35,849 bases of DNA, taken from NCBI GenBank assembly GCA_945859975.1, contig CAMAPH010000031.1, positions 1 to 35,849 of the forward strand, given 5' to 3'. The translations under genes were made by a program, and so were the position numbers. This stretch comes from Chthonomonas calidirosea (lineage in GTDB: Bacteria > Armatimonadota > Fimbriimonadia > Fimbriimonadales > Fimbriimonadaceae). Of this stretch, positions 8,841-17,221 are shown in pieces. Every line of letters starts with the position of its first letter. The stretch's first letter is position 1. The notes below the pieces were generated by a model that was given only the letters and a program-made list of their open reading frames with translations, ran no database searches and was not told where the DNA came from.

Positions 8841-10205
8841 ATGGACACGACGGTCGAGAGGCTGAACTCCATTCTTGCCAGTGCCGATTTGGGGGATGCC
8901 ATTGGCACCGCCATCGTCTCCCACCTTTACATCATCGGCCCTGCCCTTAGCCTGTTCTGCCTTGCGTGGGCCTACAATGAGGCCAAGCGACGCCGCCAAA
9001 TGCAGGGGCTGCCCACGAGCCGCGTGAAGGGTGTTTTCATTGGTTTTGTAGAACTACACGGCATCCTGCGGTGCAAGAACCCAGTCCAGAGCTATCTGGC
9101 CGAGCTTCCGTGTGCCTTCTACCGATACTCCGTCCAAGAGGAATGGCGTCGCACCGTCGTTGAGCGAGACTCAAAAGGCAACACGCGGACAAGAACCGAA
9201 TCGGGCTGGAATGAGGTTGCCTCCGGCAGTCGAATGACGTGCTTCGATCTTGAGGACGACACCGGCCAAATCCAGATCTGGCCAGACGGAGCGGAAATTG
9301 AACCTGCATCTGCACTATCCAGAACTTGTGGACCTCATGACCCGATGTACTACGAGAAGGGCCCCGCTGGCGCAATTGCCAACAGCACCTACACTCGAAG
9401 ATTCACAGAGGAAATCCTTCCCTTAGATCGCTTGATCTTTGTCGTCGGCCAAAGCCGGGAGCGAGCCGATCGAATAGAACCCGAGATTGCCCATCACCGC
9501 GATGCCCCTCGGTTCCTAATCTCGGTGCGTCAGGAGCAGCAAATCATCTCTAGCCACGGCTGGACCGAATTTGGCGCGCTAATCTTCGGAGCCATCCTCT
9601 GCATTGGACTACCCGCCTTTCAGCTGTATCAAACCGACTTTCGCCCCTTCCGCCCGGACATGTTGATTGCGTACGGTGGCCTGTTCTTACTTGTGCTTGC
9701 GCTGCAAGGCGCGATCGGGGTCTTCAACAGCTTGGTCGACATCCACCAGAGGGTGAAGCAGGGATTCAGCCTCATCGACGTCCAGTTGAAACGCCGATAC
9801 GACTTGCTCACGAATCTCGTCACCACGGTTCAGGGATACAAAGACCACGAATCGAACGCGCTCGAAATGGTCTCAACCCTCAGAGCCGAAGCACAGGAAC
9901 AAAAGCAGCAGCACGCAGTCGGCCGAAAAATCCTTGCTCTGGCGGAATCCTATCCTGAACTCCGTTCGAACCGAAACTTCCTCCAGCTTCAAAAGGAGCT
10001 ACAGGACACGGAGGACAGGATTGCCCTCGCTCGAGCCTACTACCTGGATATCTGCAGCAACTTTGACATCCTGCTCCAGAAATTCCCGAACAGCCTGATT
10101 CAGTCGCTGGTGCAGTTCAAATCTCCGCCCACCCTGGACTTTTTGGCAGAAGAAAGGGCCGTGCCGAGCGTCAAGTTCGAACACGACCCACTCAAGAACG
10201 AGTAA
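8841..10205 (+). CDS. GIDE-domain / LemA-family fusion membrane protein
   Basis: N-terminal TM, then a GIDE-like region (LPTSRVKG..GFVELHG, CAFYRYSVQEEW, FDLEDDTGQI, RFTEEILP), two TMs, and LemA signatures FNSLV..IDVQLKRRYDL and AESYPELRSNRNFLQLQKELQDTEDRIALAR. Confidence 0.8.
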   Translation: MDTTVERLNSILASADLGDAIGTAIVSHLYIIGPALSLFCLAWAYNEAKRRRQMQGLPTSRVKGVFIGFVELHGILRCKNPVQSYLAELPCAFYRYSVQEEWRRTVVERDSKGNTRTRTESGWNEVASGSRMTCFDLEDDTGQIQIWPDGAEIEPASALSRTCGPHDPMYYEKGPAGAIANSTYTRRFTEEILPLDRLIFVVGQSRERADRIEPEIAHHRDAPRFLISVRQEQQIISSHGWTEFGALIFGAILCIGLPAFQLYQTDFRPFRPDMLIAYGGLFLLVLALQGAIGVFNSLVDIHQRVKQGFSLIDVQLKRRYDLLTNLVTTVQGYKDHESNALEMVSTLRAEAQEQKQQHAVGRKILALAESYPELRSNRNFLQLQKELQDTEDRIALARAYYLDICSNFDILLQKFPNSLIQSLVQFKSPPTLDFLAEERAVPSVKFEHDPLKNE

Positions 10206-11219
10206 TCAGTACTTCGCAGTTTGCAACGCCACGCGAACGATCTTCTCGACCGAAGGAAGCACGTGCAACTCAAGCGGCTTCACCCAAGGAACCGGGGTGT
10301 CCAACCGCGTCACTCGTGCCGGAGGGGCATCAAGCAGGTTGAATGCATTGTTCGCAATGCGCGCTACGATCTCACCAGCAAAGCCACAGGTCATCGGAGC
10401 CTCGTTCACCACCACAACTCGGTTGGTCTTGCTGAGCGACTTGTAAATCGTCTCCTCGTCGAGCGGCACCAACGTTCGGATGTCAATCACTTCTGCCGAC
10501 ACACCCAGCTTCTCAAGCTCGGCGGCGGCTGACATGCAGTGGTAAACACTCTGGCCGTAGGAAACGAACGTGATATCGGTTCCTTCTTTGCGAATCACGG
10601 CCTGGCCGAGCGGAACAATGTAGTCCTCGTCTGGAATCACTTCCGCGATTTCGTTCTTTCGGTAAAGCTCTTTGATCTCGAAGAAGATGCAGGGATTGCC
10701 GTCGCGTAGCGCCGCTTTCAGAAGGCCCTTCGCGTCGTACGGCGTGCTCGGTACAACCACTCGAAGTCCAGGGCTGTGGCAGAACCAAGCCTCGTTCATC
10801 TGGCTGTGATAAAGCGCTCCGCCCCCATAGCCGCCTGCCGGACCGCGAACGACAACCGGAAGGTTGACTTCGCCGGCGGTTCGGTAGTGGTAGGTCGCCA
10901 TCATGTTGACGATTTGGTCGAAACCGCAAGAAATGAAGTCGATGAACTGCATTTCTGCCATCACCGTCTTTCCGTTCAACGCCATTCCAACTGCCGTACC
11001 GATGATCGCTGCTTCGGCAATCGGCGCATCGATGACGCGGGTGCTGCCGAATTCATCCAGCAACCCTTCGGTGACGCCAAACGCGCCGCCAAGCATGCCG
11101 ATGTCTTCGCCCTGACAGATCATCTGATCGTTGCGCCGCATCTCTTCGATCAGCGCCTCGCGAAGGGCGGTCAGGTAATTCTTTTTAACCAGAGTTGGTT
11201 CCGCGGCAATTGCAGCCAT
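10206..11219 (-). CDS. 2-oxoacid dehydrogenase E1 beta subunit (probably branched-chain type)
   Basis: GEDIG..GGAFGVTEGL, RVIDAPIAE, AEMQFIDF, GGALYHSQ (BCKDH-like), PSTPYDAKGLL. Confidence 0.92.
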   Translation of the reverse strand: MAAIAAEPTLVKKNYLTALREALIEEMRRNDQMICQGEDIGMLGGAFGVTEGLLDEFGSTRVIDAPIAEAAIIGTAVGMALNGKTVMAEMQFIDFISCGFDQIVNMMATYHYRTAGEVNLPVVVRGPAGGYGGGALYHSQMNEAWFCHSPGLRVVVPSTPYDAKGLLKAALRDGNPCIFFEIKELYRKNEIAEVIPDEDYIVPLGQAVIRKEGTDITFVSYGQSVYHCMSAAAELEKLGVSAEVIDIRTLVPLDEETIYKSLSKTNRVVVVNEAPMTCGFAGEIVARIANNAFNLLDAPPARVTRLDTPVPWVKPLELHVLPSVEKIVRVALQTAKY

Positions 11220-12361
11220 TAAGCGTTCTCCTTAAAGACCCACATGGCGCCTTCTTCTGCGTTCGGGAGCGGCGAATTCAAGGCGAACTCGATACCTCGG
11301 TTGAGGTACTCGACCACTGCGGGCGGAAAATCATCGTTCGTAGCTTCGCTGGCGCTCTTGCGCTCGGCGATGTACTGCTCGGCTTCTGCGCCGCTGAGGA
11401 ATCCTCGCTCGATCAGCGACTCTCGGCAGATCGCAATCGGATCGCGCGTCCGTCCCTTCTCAATTTCTTCGCTCGGACGATACTTCATCGCCCGGTCGTC
11501 ATCGTGATCGCCATGGCCATAGGCTCGGAAGGTCTTGCACTCAACGATGCTCGGTCCCTTGCCGGACCGCGCGTAGTCGACGGCGGCCATTACTTTGTCG
11601 TAAACATCAAAAACGTCTTGACCATCCGCCACCAAACCTGGGATTCCGTAGCCATTGGCTCGGTCCGCAACATCTGGCGTCGGACAACCCATGTGAACCG
11701 GCGTTCCGTACGCCCACTGGTTGTTCTCAACGATCGTAACCACCGGCAGCTTATGAACCGCGGCAAAATTGACTGCCTCGTGGAAGATGCCCTGGGCAGT
11801 CGAACCTTCGCCGTTGAACGTCAGAACGACTGCGTCGCCACCATTCATGCGGTCGGCGTACACAACTCCAGCAGCAACCGGGATCGTTCCGGCAAGCATA
11901 GAAGTCGAGTGAATAATTCGCTTCGACTTGCTTCCGATGTGCGACCAGTTATCGCGTGCTCGGCCCGGCGAGTCGACTTTGCCCCAAACCTGAGCACAGA
12001 CTTCCTCGATCGACATTCCGGATCTTGTGGGGTCGTCCCACTGGAATTTCGAATCCTTCAGGAAGAAGGCCGGCATGTCGCGGTGGATGGGAGAAATCCA
12101 GTCCGTAGCCTTCAGTCCAAACAGGGCGCCCACCAAAATGGCTTCTTGGTTGTGGGAACTGTAAAGAGTGCCACGCAGTCTTCCGCGCTTCTTCTCTTTA
12201 ATCAAGCGGATGTCAAAATATCGCGCGAGATACAGTTGGTTGAAAATTTCCAGGCAATCTTCTTTGGTAAGAAGCTGACTTGGGCGCGAATCATTCGTTG
12301 ATTCGGCGATTTCGGCTAACGGCTCGAATGCCGCTGTGCCAGTAGTTGGAATAACTGACAT
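11219..12361 (-). CDS. 2-oxoacid dehydrogenase E1 alpha subunit (TPP-dependent, probably branched-chain type)
   Basis: TPP motif GEGSTAQG..HEAVNFAAVHKLPV..ENNQWA, GPSIVECKTFR..GH..HDD..KYR. SD GAGGA upstream. Stop overlaps the beta start. Confidence 0.92.
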   Translation of the reverse strand: MSVIPTTGTAAFEPLAEIAESTNDSRPSQLLTKEDCLEIFNQLYLARYFDIRLIKEKKRGRLRGTLYSSHNQEAILVGALFGLKATDWISPIHRDMPAFFLKDSKFQWDDPTRSGMSIEEVCAQVWGKVDSPGRARDNWSHIGSKSKRIIHSTSMLAGTIPVAAGVVYADRMNGGDAVVLTFNGEGSTAQGIFHEAVNFAAVHKLPVVTIVENNQWAYGTPVHMGCPTPDVADRANGYGIPGLVADGQDVFDVYDKVMAAVDYARSGKGPSIVECKTFRAYGHGDHDDDRAMKYRPSEEIEKGRTRDPIAICRESLIERGFLSGAEAEQYIAERKSASEATNDDFPPAVVEYLNRGIEFALNSPLPNAEEGAMWVFKENA

Positions 12362-12446
12362 AGTCCTCTTTCGTGATCAATTAAAGATACCCGAGTCCGG
12401 AATTTTGAATCTCCTGACTCGGGTTTATATCTTAGGTTTGGTTGAC

Positions 12447-13427
12447 TTACCGGAACAATGGGAGGCGCAACGCCTCGGAGAGCCAGTCGAAGAACGGAAT
12501 GGCACCTTCGTACTTGTCGTAATTGTCGACTTCCTCGCCTTTGTCATCCAAGATCAGCTGAGTCGGGAACGTCGTCACGCCATACACTCCCGCCGCCTTC
12601 GGATTCTTCATAACGTCAACTCGCACAAACACAAGCCGATTCTCGAACGCCTTGAATCGAGGCGTGACGTAAACCTCTTGGTCCAGCTTTGCGCTCGTTA
12701 GATCCTTCGGCACGAAGAAGTCCACAAACACTTTTCGCTTGGTCTTGCGGGCCAACTCTACTGCGGCCACCAAATCGGTTGACCACTTTGGCGAGTCGTA
12801 CTCAATTTCGGAAATCTCTCCCTTCGCGGTCTTCGGGTCGAACGCAAACTTTGCCGCCGGAACCTCGCCACTCAGCTTGATGTCCTGAGCAACAACGATC
12901 ATGTTCGGAAGGGGCGACTCCTGATATTCGAACTGGCGAGCGATGTTCGCCTTGGCATCCAGGTAGTAGGTTGTGATGCCGCGACCAAACTGAGCCTCAA
13001 CCGCACGATATTCCGTGTTCAGTCGAGTTCGGACTCCCAAGTCTCGCACCGCCGGAACCTTCGCCATCCCCGGGTCGAAGAATGCGCCCCAGATTCGGAA
13101 TGGAATCGGAGCGAAAAATCGGCCGAGATCGTTTGCCACCTGAGCTCGCTTCGTGAACTTCTGCGATGCCGCATCGAACCGGTAGACCGTCGTTCCGTCG
13201 CCAATCACGGTTTCAGACGGAGACTGCAACCGGAACTTGTTCGGCTTCTGAAGGGTTACCGAATACGCTTCTCGGGTTCCACCGATCGTTTGCACCGTGT
13301 AGTCGACGGAGAGCGTCTTGGCTTTGGAAAGTGAGTCAAGATAATCGCCTAGCGCGTATCTTCCGTTCTGGGCCGGGGCCAGACCCGCCAAACTGCACAA
13401 TAGTACGATGGTCGTAAGTTTCGTCAT
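12447..13427 (-). CDS. Secreted LolA-like / thioredoxin-like fusion protein (no CxxC)
   Basis: Signal peptide MTKLTTIVLLCSLAGLAPA with GAGG 6 nt upstream. LolA-like LQKPNKFRL..VIGDGTTVYRFD..KFAFDP. Thioredoxin_7-like WSTDLVAAVELARKTKRKVFVDF..YGVTTFPT. Confidence 0.7.
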   Translation of the reverse strand: MTKLTTIVLLCSLAGLAPAQNGRYALGDYLDSLSKAKTLSVDYTVQTIGGTREAYSVTLQKPNKFRLQSPSETVIGDGTTVYRFDAASQKFTKRAQVANDLGRFFAPIPFRIWGAFFDPGMAKVPAVRDLGVRTRLNTEYRAVEAQFGRGITTYYLDAKANIARQFEYQESPLPNMIVVAQDIKLSGEVPAAKFAFDPKTAKGEISEIEYDSPKWSTDLVAAVELARKTKRKVFVDFFVPKDLTSAKLDQEVYVTPRFKAFENRLVFVRVDVMKNPKAAGVYGVTTFPTQLILDDKGEEVDNYDKYEGAIPFFDWLSEALRLPLFR

Positions 13428-13525
13428 CAGCATCCTCAAAGGTGGGCTCGTTCGCTCAAAAATGATGATATCCGAAGCATGTTCAGATTCGTGCACGTTC
13501 CGATCCGAGATGAGATAGCAAAGCA

Positions 13526-14902
13526 ATGACGATTTCACGATCTACCTGGACGGCGTTGGGGCTGCTTCTCCTCGCCCACGTCATCCTCGCTTCCATCTTT
13601 GCGTCCATCACTCCATATCGCCAAAGCGGCCTCGTCACCCTCAACCGAAGCGTTGAGAAAGACATCGGCGCCCCCGACGAGCGGCAGCATGCAAACTACG
13701 TTGCTCGACTTCTCAATGGCGAAGGCTTCCCCGTTTTCAACCCGAAAGACCCGAATCTTTACGAAACCTATCAGGCCCACCAGCCCCCGCTCTTTTACGT
13801 TGTTGCGGCAGGTTTTGCCAAAGTCACCGGCGTCAACGACCCAACTGATGCGGAAACCGGGGGGCGACTGCGCTTCCTAAACGTCATCCTGGGCGCAATC
13901 GTCATTGCCGGCGTCTTCTTCCTAGGCAAGAATCTGCAACTACCCGAGCCGGCTGTTATTGCCGCCACGGCATTCGCCGCCCTTTTGCCGATGAATCTGG
14001 CGCTGAGCGGAGCGCTCAGCAACGACCCGCTCTTGTTTGCTCTCTGTACTTGGACCCTGGTCGGGCTCGCGGACGGATCACGGAACGGTTGGACCATAAA
14101 ACGCGCCGTCACCGTTGGCGTGCTGATCGGGCTGGCCTGCCTTACCAAAACCACTGCACTTGCGCTGCTTCCGGTAGCGTTCCTCGCCGTCATCCTGCCC
14201 GGTGAGCACCGGCCCGGAATCCGAGAGGCCGGGATTGCGCTCGTGCTTCCGATGCTCATCGCCGGTGGTTGGTGGCTACGAAACTTGAACCTGTACGGCG
14301 ACCCATTCGCGATTCGTGCCTTCTCCGAAGCCTTCCAAGGCTCCGCGCAAAAGGAGATGTTCGTTACTCAAATCATCCCCTCGCAGAGTCCGGAAGCAAA
14401 TCCCGAACTCGAATACTGGACGCGGTGGGTGGGCTGGTGGACGGTCAGATCATTCTATGGCGTCTTCGGCTATATGGACATTTGGATGACCCAGTCAGGA
14501 CGACAATCGCCAGACTTCGAGCAAAACCGGCTGTATTGGGTTCTCATACTCGTTGGCGCAGTTGGACTTGCCGGTGGCCTGTTTCAGGCGGCTCGAGATA
14601 AGGAAAATCGCAACCCCTCGGTTTTCCTTGTTGCTTTCGCTGCCCTCATTGGTCTGCTCTTCCTCCGATTCAACAATCAGTATTTCCAAGCTCAGGCTCG
14701 TTATCTGCTCCCCGCGCTGGCGCCGATTGCGATTTGGATTGGTAGCGGATATTCGGCCATCATGAAAAGCCGAGCAAATCTAGCGGTCGTCGTCGTTGCC
14801 ATTCCGCTGCTCCTTGCGAACGCTTTCGCCATCTCCCGGCTACCGGGTGAGTTTTCGGCCCGAATCGAGGCTGGCCGAGTTCCCGAAAGTCAGCAACCGT
14901 AA
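13526..14902 (+). CDS. GT-C (ArnT/PMT-like, DUF2142-type) membrane glycosyltransferase
   Basis: APDERQH in the first loop, HQPPLFY, SNDPL, GLACLTKTT, WWLRNLNLYGD, QARYLLP, and about 10 or more TM helices. Confidence 0.82.
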   Translation: MTISRSTWTALGLLLLAHVILASIFASITPYRQSGLVTLNRSVEKDIGAPDERQHANYVARLLNGEGFPVFNPKDPNLYETYQAHQPPLFYVVAAGFAKVTGVNDPTDAETGGRLRFLNVILGAIVIAGVFFLGKNLQLPEPAVIAATAFAALLPMNLALSGALSNDPLLFALCTWTLVGLADGSRNGWTIKRAVTVGVLIGLACLTKTTALALLPVAFLAVILPGEHRPGIREAGIALVLPMLIAGGWWLRNLNLYGDPFAIRAFSEAFQGSAQKEMFVTQIIPSQSPEANPELEYWTRWVGWWTVRSFYGVFGYMDIWMTQSGRQSPDFEQNRLYWVLILVGAVGLAGGLFQAARDKENRNPSVFLVAFAALIGLLFLRFNNQYFQAQARYLLPALAPIAIWIGSGYSAIMKSRANLAVVVVAIPLLLANAFAISRLPGEFSARIEAGRVPESQQP

Positions 14903-14909
14903 CACCACC

Positions 14910-15512
14910 ATGTCAGACCGCGTCGAAGAATCAACGGTGGCCCCATCTGCGGTCGATAAAGCGCGACTTCCTGGATTCGACGAGGACCTTGTTCTAGTTG
15001 AACGATTCCTCTCCGGGGACGAAAACGCCTTCGAGATGATTTATTCTCGTTACCACGACAAGGTTCACGCCATTGCCCGCGGCATCTTGCTCGATTCTGA
15101 CGAAGCCTCGGACGCGGTTCAAGAAATTTTCACTCTCGTTCTGCGCCACCTGCACCGATTCGACCGCCGTTCCCGATTTAGCACTTGGCTCTTCCGCGTC
15201 GCCGTAAATCGCAGCATTCAAGAAGCCCGAAAAGCCCGGCACAAGCACAAGCACGTTGAGCTGGTCGAGGCCATGGAAACCAGCGTTCCGGACCCGCCTG
15301 AGCCGGACGACGCCAAGATTCATGTCGCGATGGAGAAGCTCTCCCCGAGCGATCGCGCAATCCTTGTTTTGTTCTATTGGGAAGAGCTCAGCCTGCAGGA
15401 GATTGCGGACAGCCTCGGGTGCAATGTGAACGCCGCCAAAACCCGGCTCTACCGGGCGCGAGAGCGATTCCGCGTGATCTACGAGGAGGCAGAAGATGCG
15501 GCCGCCGCGTGA
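14910..15512 (+). CDS. ECF-subfamily RNA polymerase sigma factor
   Basis: DLVLVERFLSGDENAFE, ASDAVQEIF, FSTWLFRVAVN, and region 4 LSPSDRAILVL..LSLQEIADSLGCNVNAAKTRLYRAR. Confidence 0.93.
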   Translation: MSDRVEESTVAPSAVDKARLPGFDEDLVLVERFLSGDENAFEMIYSRYHDKVHAIARGILLDSDEASDAVQEIFTLVLRHLHRFDRRSRFSTWLFRVAVNRSIQEARKARHKHKHVELVEAMETSVPDPPEPDDAKIHVAMEKLSPSDRAILVLFYWEELSLQEIADSLGCNVNAAKTRLYRARERFRVIYEEAEDAAAA

Positions 15513-16251
15513 TCTAGACGAGCTCATGTGGGAATTGGCGGAAGGGCAAAACACCCTTGCCATCGACCAATTTTGCGTGCGCTATCCCGAATATGCCCCC
15601 GAGCTTCGGAAGCGGGCGAGCATGGTTAAGGGCCTAAAGCGCGCCAAAGTGGTTGAAGCGCCAAAGCCCGCTCAAACGCCGAAGTTCGTCCCAAGGGCAG
15701 CGCCACCGAAGCCGAGTTCCTGGGCGGTCGGCTGGACGGCTGGGCTCGTCTTGGCTGCCGTAGGGGCGATTGCCTTTGCGGTCGCCATGTTTGCTTTTCC
15801 AAACCAGAATCCGCAGGTGAAGAAGGTCGAGCCAACGCAAGTGGTCAAGAGCTTCCCCGCCGAACCGGTTCCCGAAGTCACTCCGCCAAGTCCGACCTCA
15901 CAGAACGATCCAAAGCTGTCGACCCAACCTCGACCGGAAGACCTTCCTCCCGTAACCGAGCCCGTCCCGGACTACCTAAAGCCAACCAGCGTGAGCCTGA
16001 AAGGGGCGAAGCTGACCGACGCAGTGCGCATGGTCGCCGCCCAAGGCAATCTTGGCGTTGTCGTCGCCCCGGGATTCCCCGAAATTAGCGTCGACATCAA
16101 TTACGAACAGATGAGTCCAATTGAGATCCTTCAAGCGATGGGTCGAGACTACGCGTTCACTGCCTTCGACCAAGGGGACGGCACCGTGATCGTCGTGCCC
16201 GCAGTGGAACCAACGTTAAGAGAACCGGTTTCCGCAGAAAAAATCCGCTAA
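15496..16251 (+). CDS. Putative anti-sigma factor: cytoplasmic domain, TM, Pro-rich linker, STN/FecR-C-like domain
   Basis: Overlaps the ECF gene end. One TM (WTAGLVLAAVGAIAFAVAMFAF). C-term SVSLKGAKLTDAVRMVAAQGNLGVVV..VDINYEQMSPIEILQAM resembles secretin/TonB short N-terminal domains. Confidence 0.65.
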   Translation: MRPPRDLDELMWELAEGQNTLAIDQFCVRYPEYAPELRKRASMVKGLKRAKVVEAPKPAQTPKFVPRAAPPKPSSWAVGWTAGLVLAAVGAIAFAVAMFAFPNQNPQVKKVEPTQVVKSFPAEPVPEVTPPSPTSQNDPKLSTQPRPEDLPPVTEPVPDYLKPTSVSLKGAKLTDAVRMVAAQGNLGVVVAPGFPEISVDINYEQMSPIEILQAMGRDYAFTAFDQGDGTVIVVPAVEPTLREPVSAEKIR

Positions 16252-16290
16252 CCTCGAACGCATCTGATGCTTTTCAGCGTCACCGCCCGT

Positions 16291-16299
16291 TGCTATACT
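16291..16299 (+). promoter_or_regulatory. Extended -10 promoter TGnTATACT
   Basis: TGcTATACT about 50 nt upstream of ATG 16350. Confidence 0.5.
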
Positions 16300-16349
16300 G
16301 TAGAAACCTCGGCACGGCCGCGGTCGAACGCACACGCAGATCTAGAACC

Positions 16350-17096
16350 ATGAAGCGAATTCAGAGAGTATCGGATGTCATTGAACTGATCTCAGAGAAA
16401 GCTCTGGTTTGGGGCCTCGGGGGAATTTTGTCCCTGTGCTTCTCCGCGCTGTTCTACTACTACCGTGGCCAGTCTGGCGGCACGGTGCCTCTCGCCACCG
16501 TCCTCCTGCTCATCGGACTAGGCGCGCTCGGCTACGCCATCAAACATGCCCTGACCATTCGCGAAGTCACGAAGTACGACGTCAAGTGCCCGTACTGCAA
16601 TGAGACGAACCAGGTGCTTGAGGCTCCCGAAGATGACTTCACCTGCATGTTCTGTCATCGCTTCATCCCCATCCAGGATCAGCAGCCGATGCCAGTCGCT
16701 CAGGTCCGCTGCGGTTTCTGCAACAGCCTCAACTTCTATAGTGCGAAAACGGACGTTCTCCTGTGCGAAGAGTGCAACCGCGAAGTCCCGATCGCGACTT
16801 CTGATGAGACCCGCCCGAAGAAGCAGTTGGCGGCCGCGTACGTCACCCACATCGACGACGAGCATATGTACGAATTGCTCCTCACGGATAAGGGCCACAA
16901 GCAAGAAGATTTGATCGCCGCGCTTCAGCACATGCTTGCATTAAACAGAAACCAGGTCAAGCAAATGCTCGATGAGCTGCCCGTTACTCTTTTGACCGGG
17001 ATCAATCGCCGAAAAGCAGAAATGCTCCAGGCCCAGTTGTCTCTGCATGATGCCGGCACCGAAATGCGGCAGATTTCGGACAACGCCAACCGCTGA
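16350..17096 (+). CDS. Membrane protein with four CxxC motifs (double zinc ribbon) and a ribosomal L7/L12 CTD-like domain
   Basis: Two TMs, then CPYC, CMFC, CGFC, CEEC. C-term YELLLTDKGHKQEDLIAALQHMLALNRNQVKQMLDELPVTLLTGINRRKAEMLQAQL aligns by eye to the L7/L12 CTD. Confidence 0.7.
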   Translation: MKRIQRVSDVIELISEKALVWGLGGILSLCFSALFYYYRGQSGGTVPLATVLLLIGLGALGYAIKHALTIREVTKYDVKCPYCNETNQVLEAPEDDFTCMFCHRFIPIQDQQPMPVAQVRCGFCNSLNFYSAKTDVLLCEECNREVPIATSDETRPKKQLAAAYVTHIDDEHMYELLLTDKGHKQEDLIAALQHMLALNRNQVKQMLDELPVTLLTGINRRKAEMLQAQLSLHDAGTEMRQISDNANR

Positions 17097-17221
17097 TTGC
17101 AAGTTCATTTTGGAACTCCCAGAACCCGAGAAAGGTATAACCTTTCCACAAGTTCTGTCCGTCTACGCGGCCAAGTGCATTAGGCACGGAAGCGTGAAAC
17201 CGGCAGGGGAGTTTCACCTTT

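Noticed and set aside
11195..12301. 368-aa plus-strand ORF
   Set aside because: Antisense shadow of E1 alpha.
13428..13538. Upstream extensions in the ORF track (LolA-Trx here; also ECF, folC, rpiB, pgl)
   Set aside because: They overlap neighbours or promoters. Downstream starts fit the family N-termini and SD/-10 positions better.
16256..16281. GAAC-N18-CGTC as an ECF-dependent promoter
   Set aside because: The spacing is long for ECF promoters, and a better extended -10 lies just downstream.
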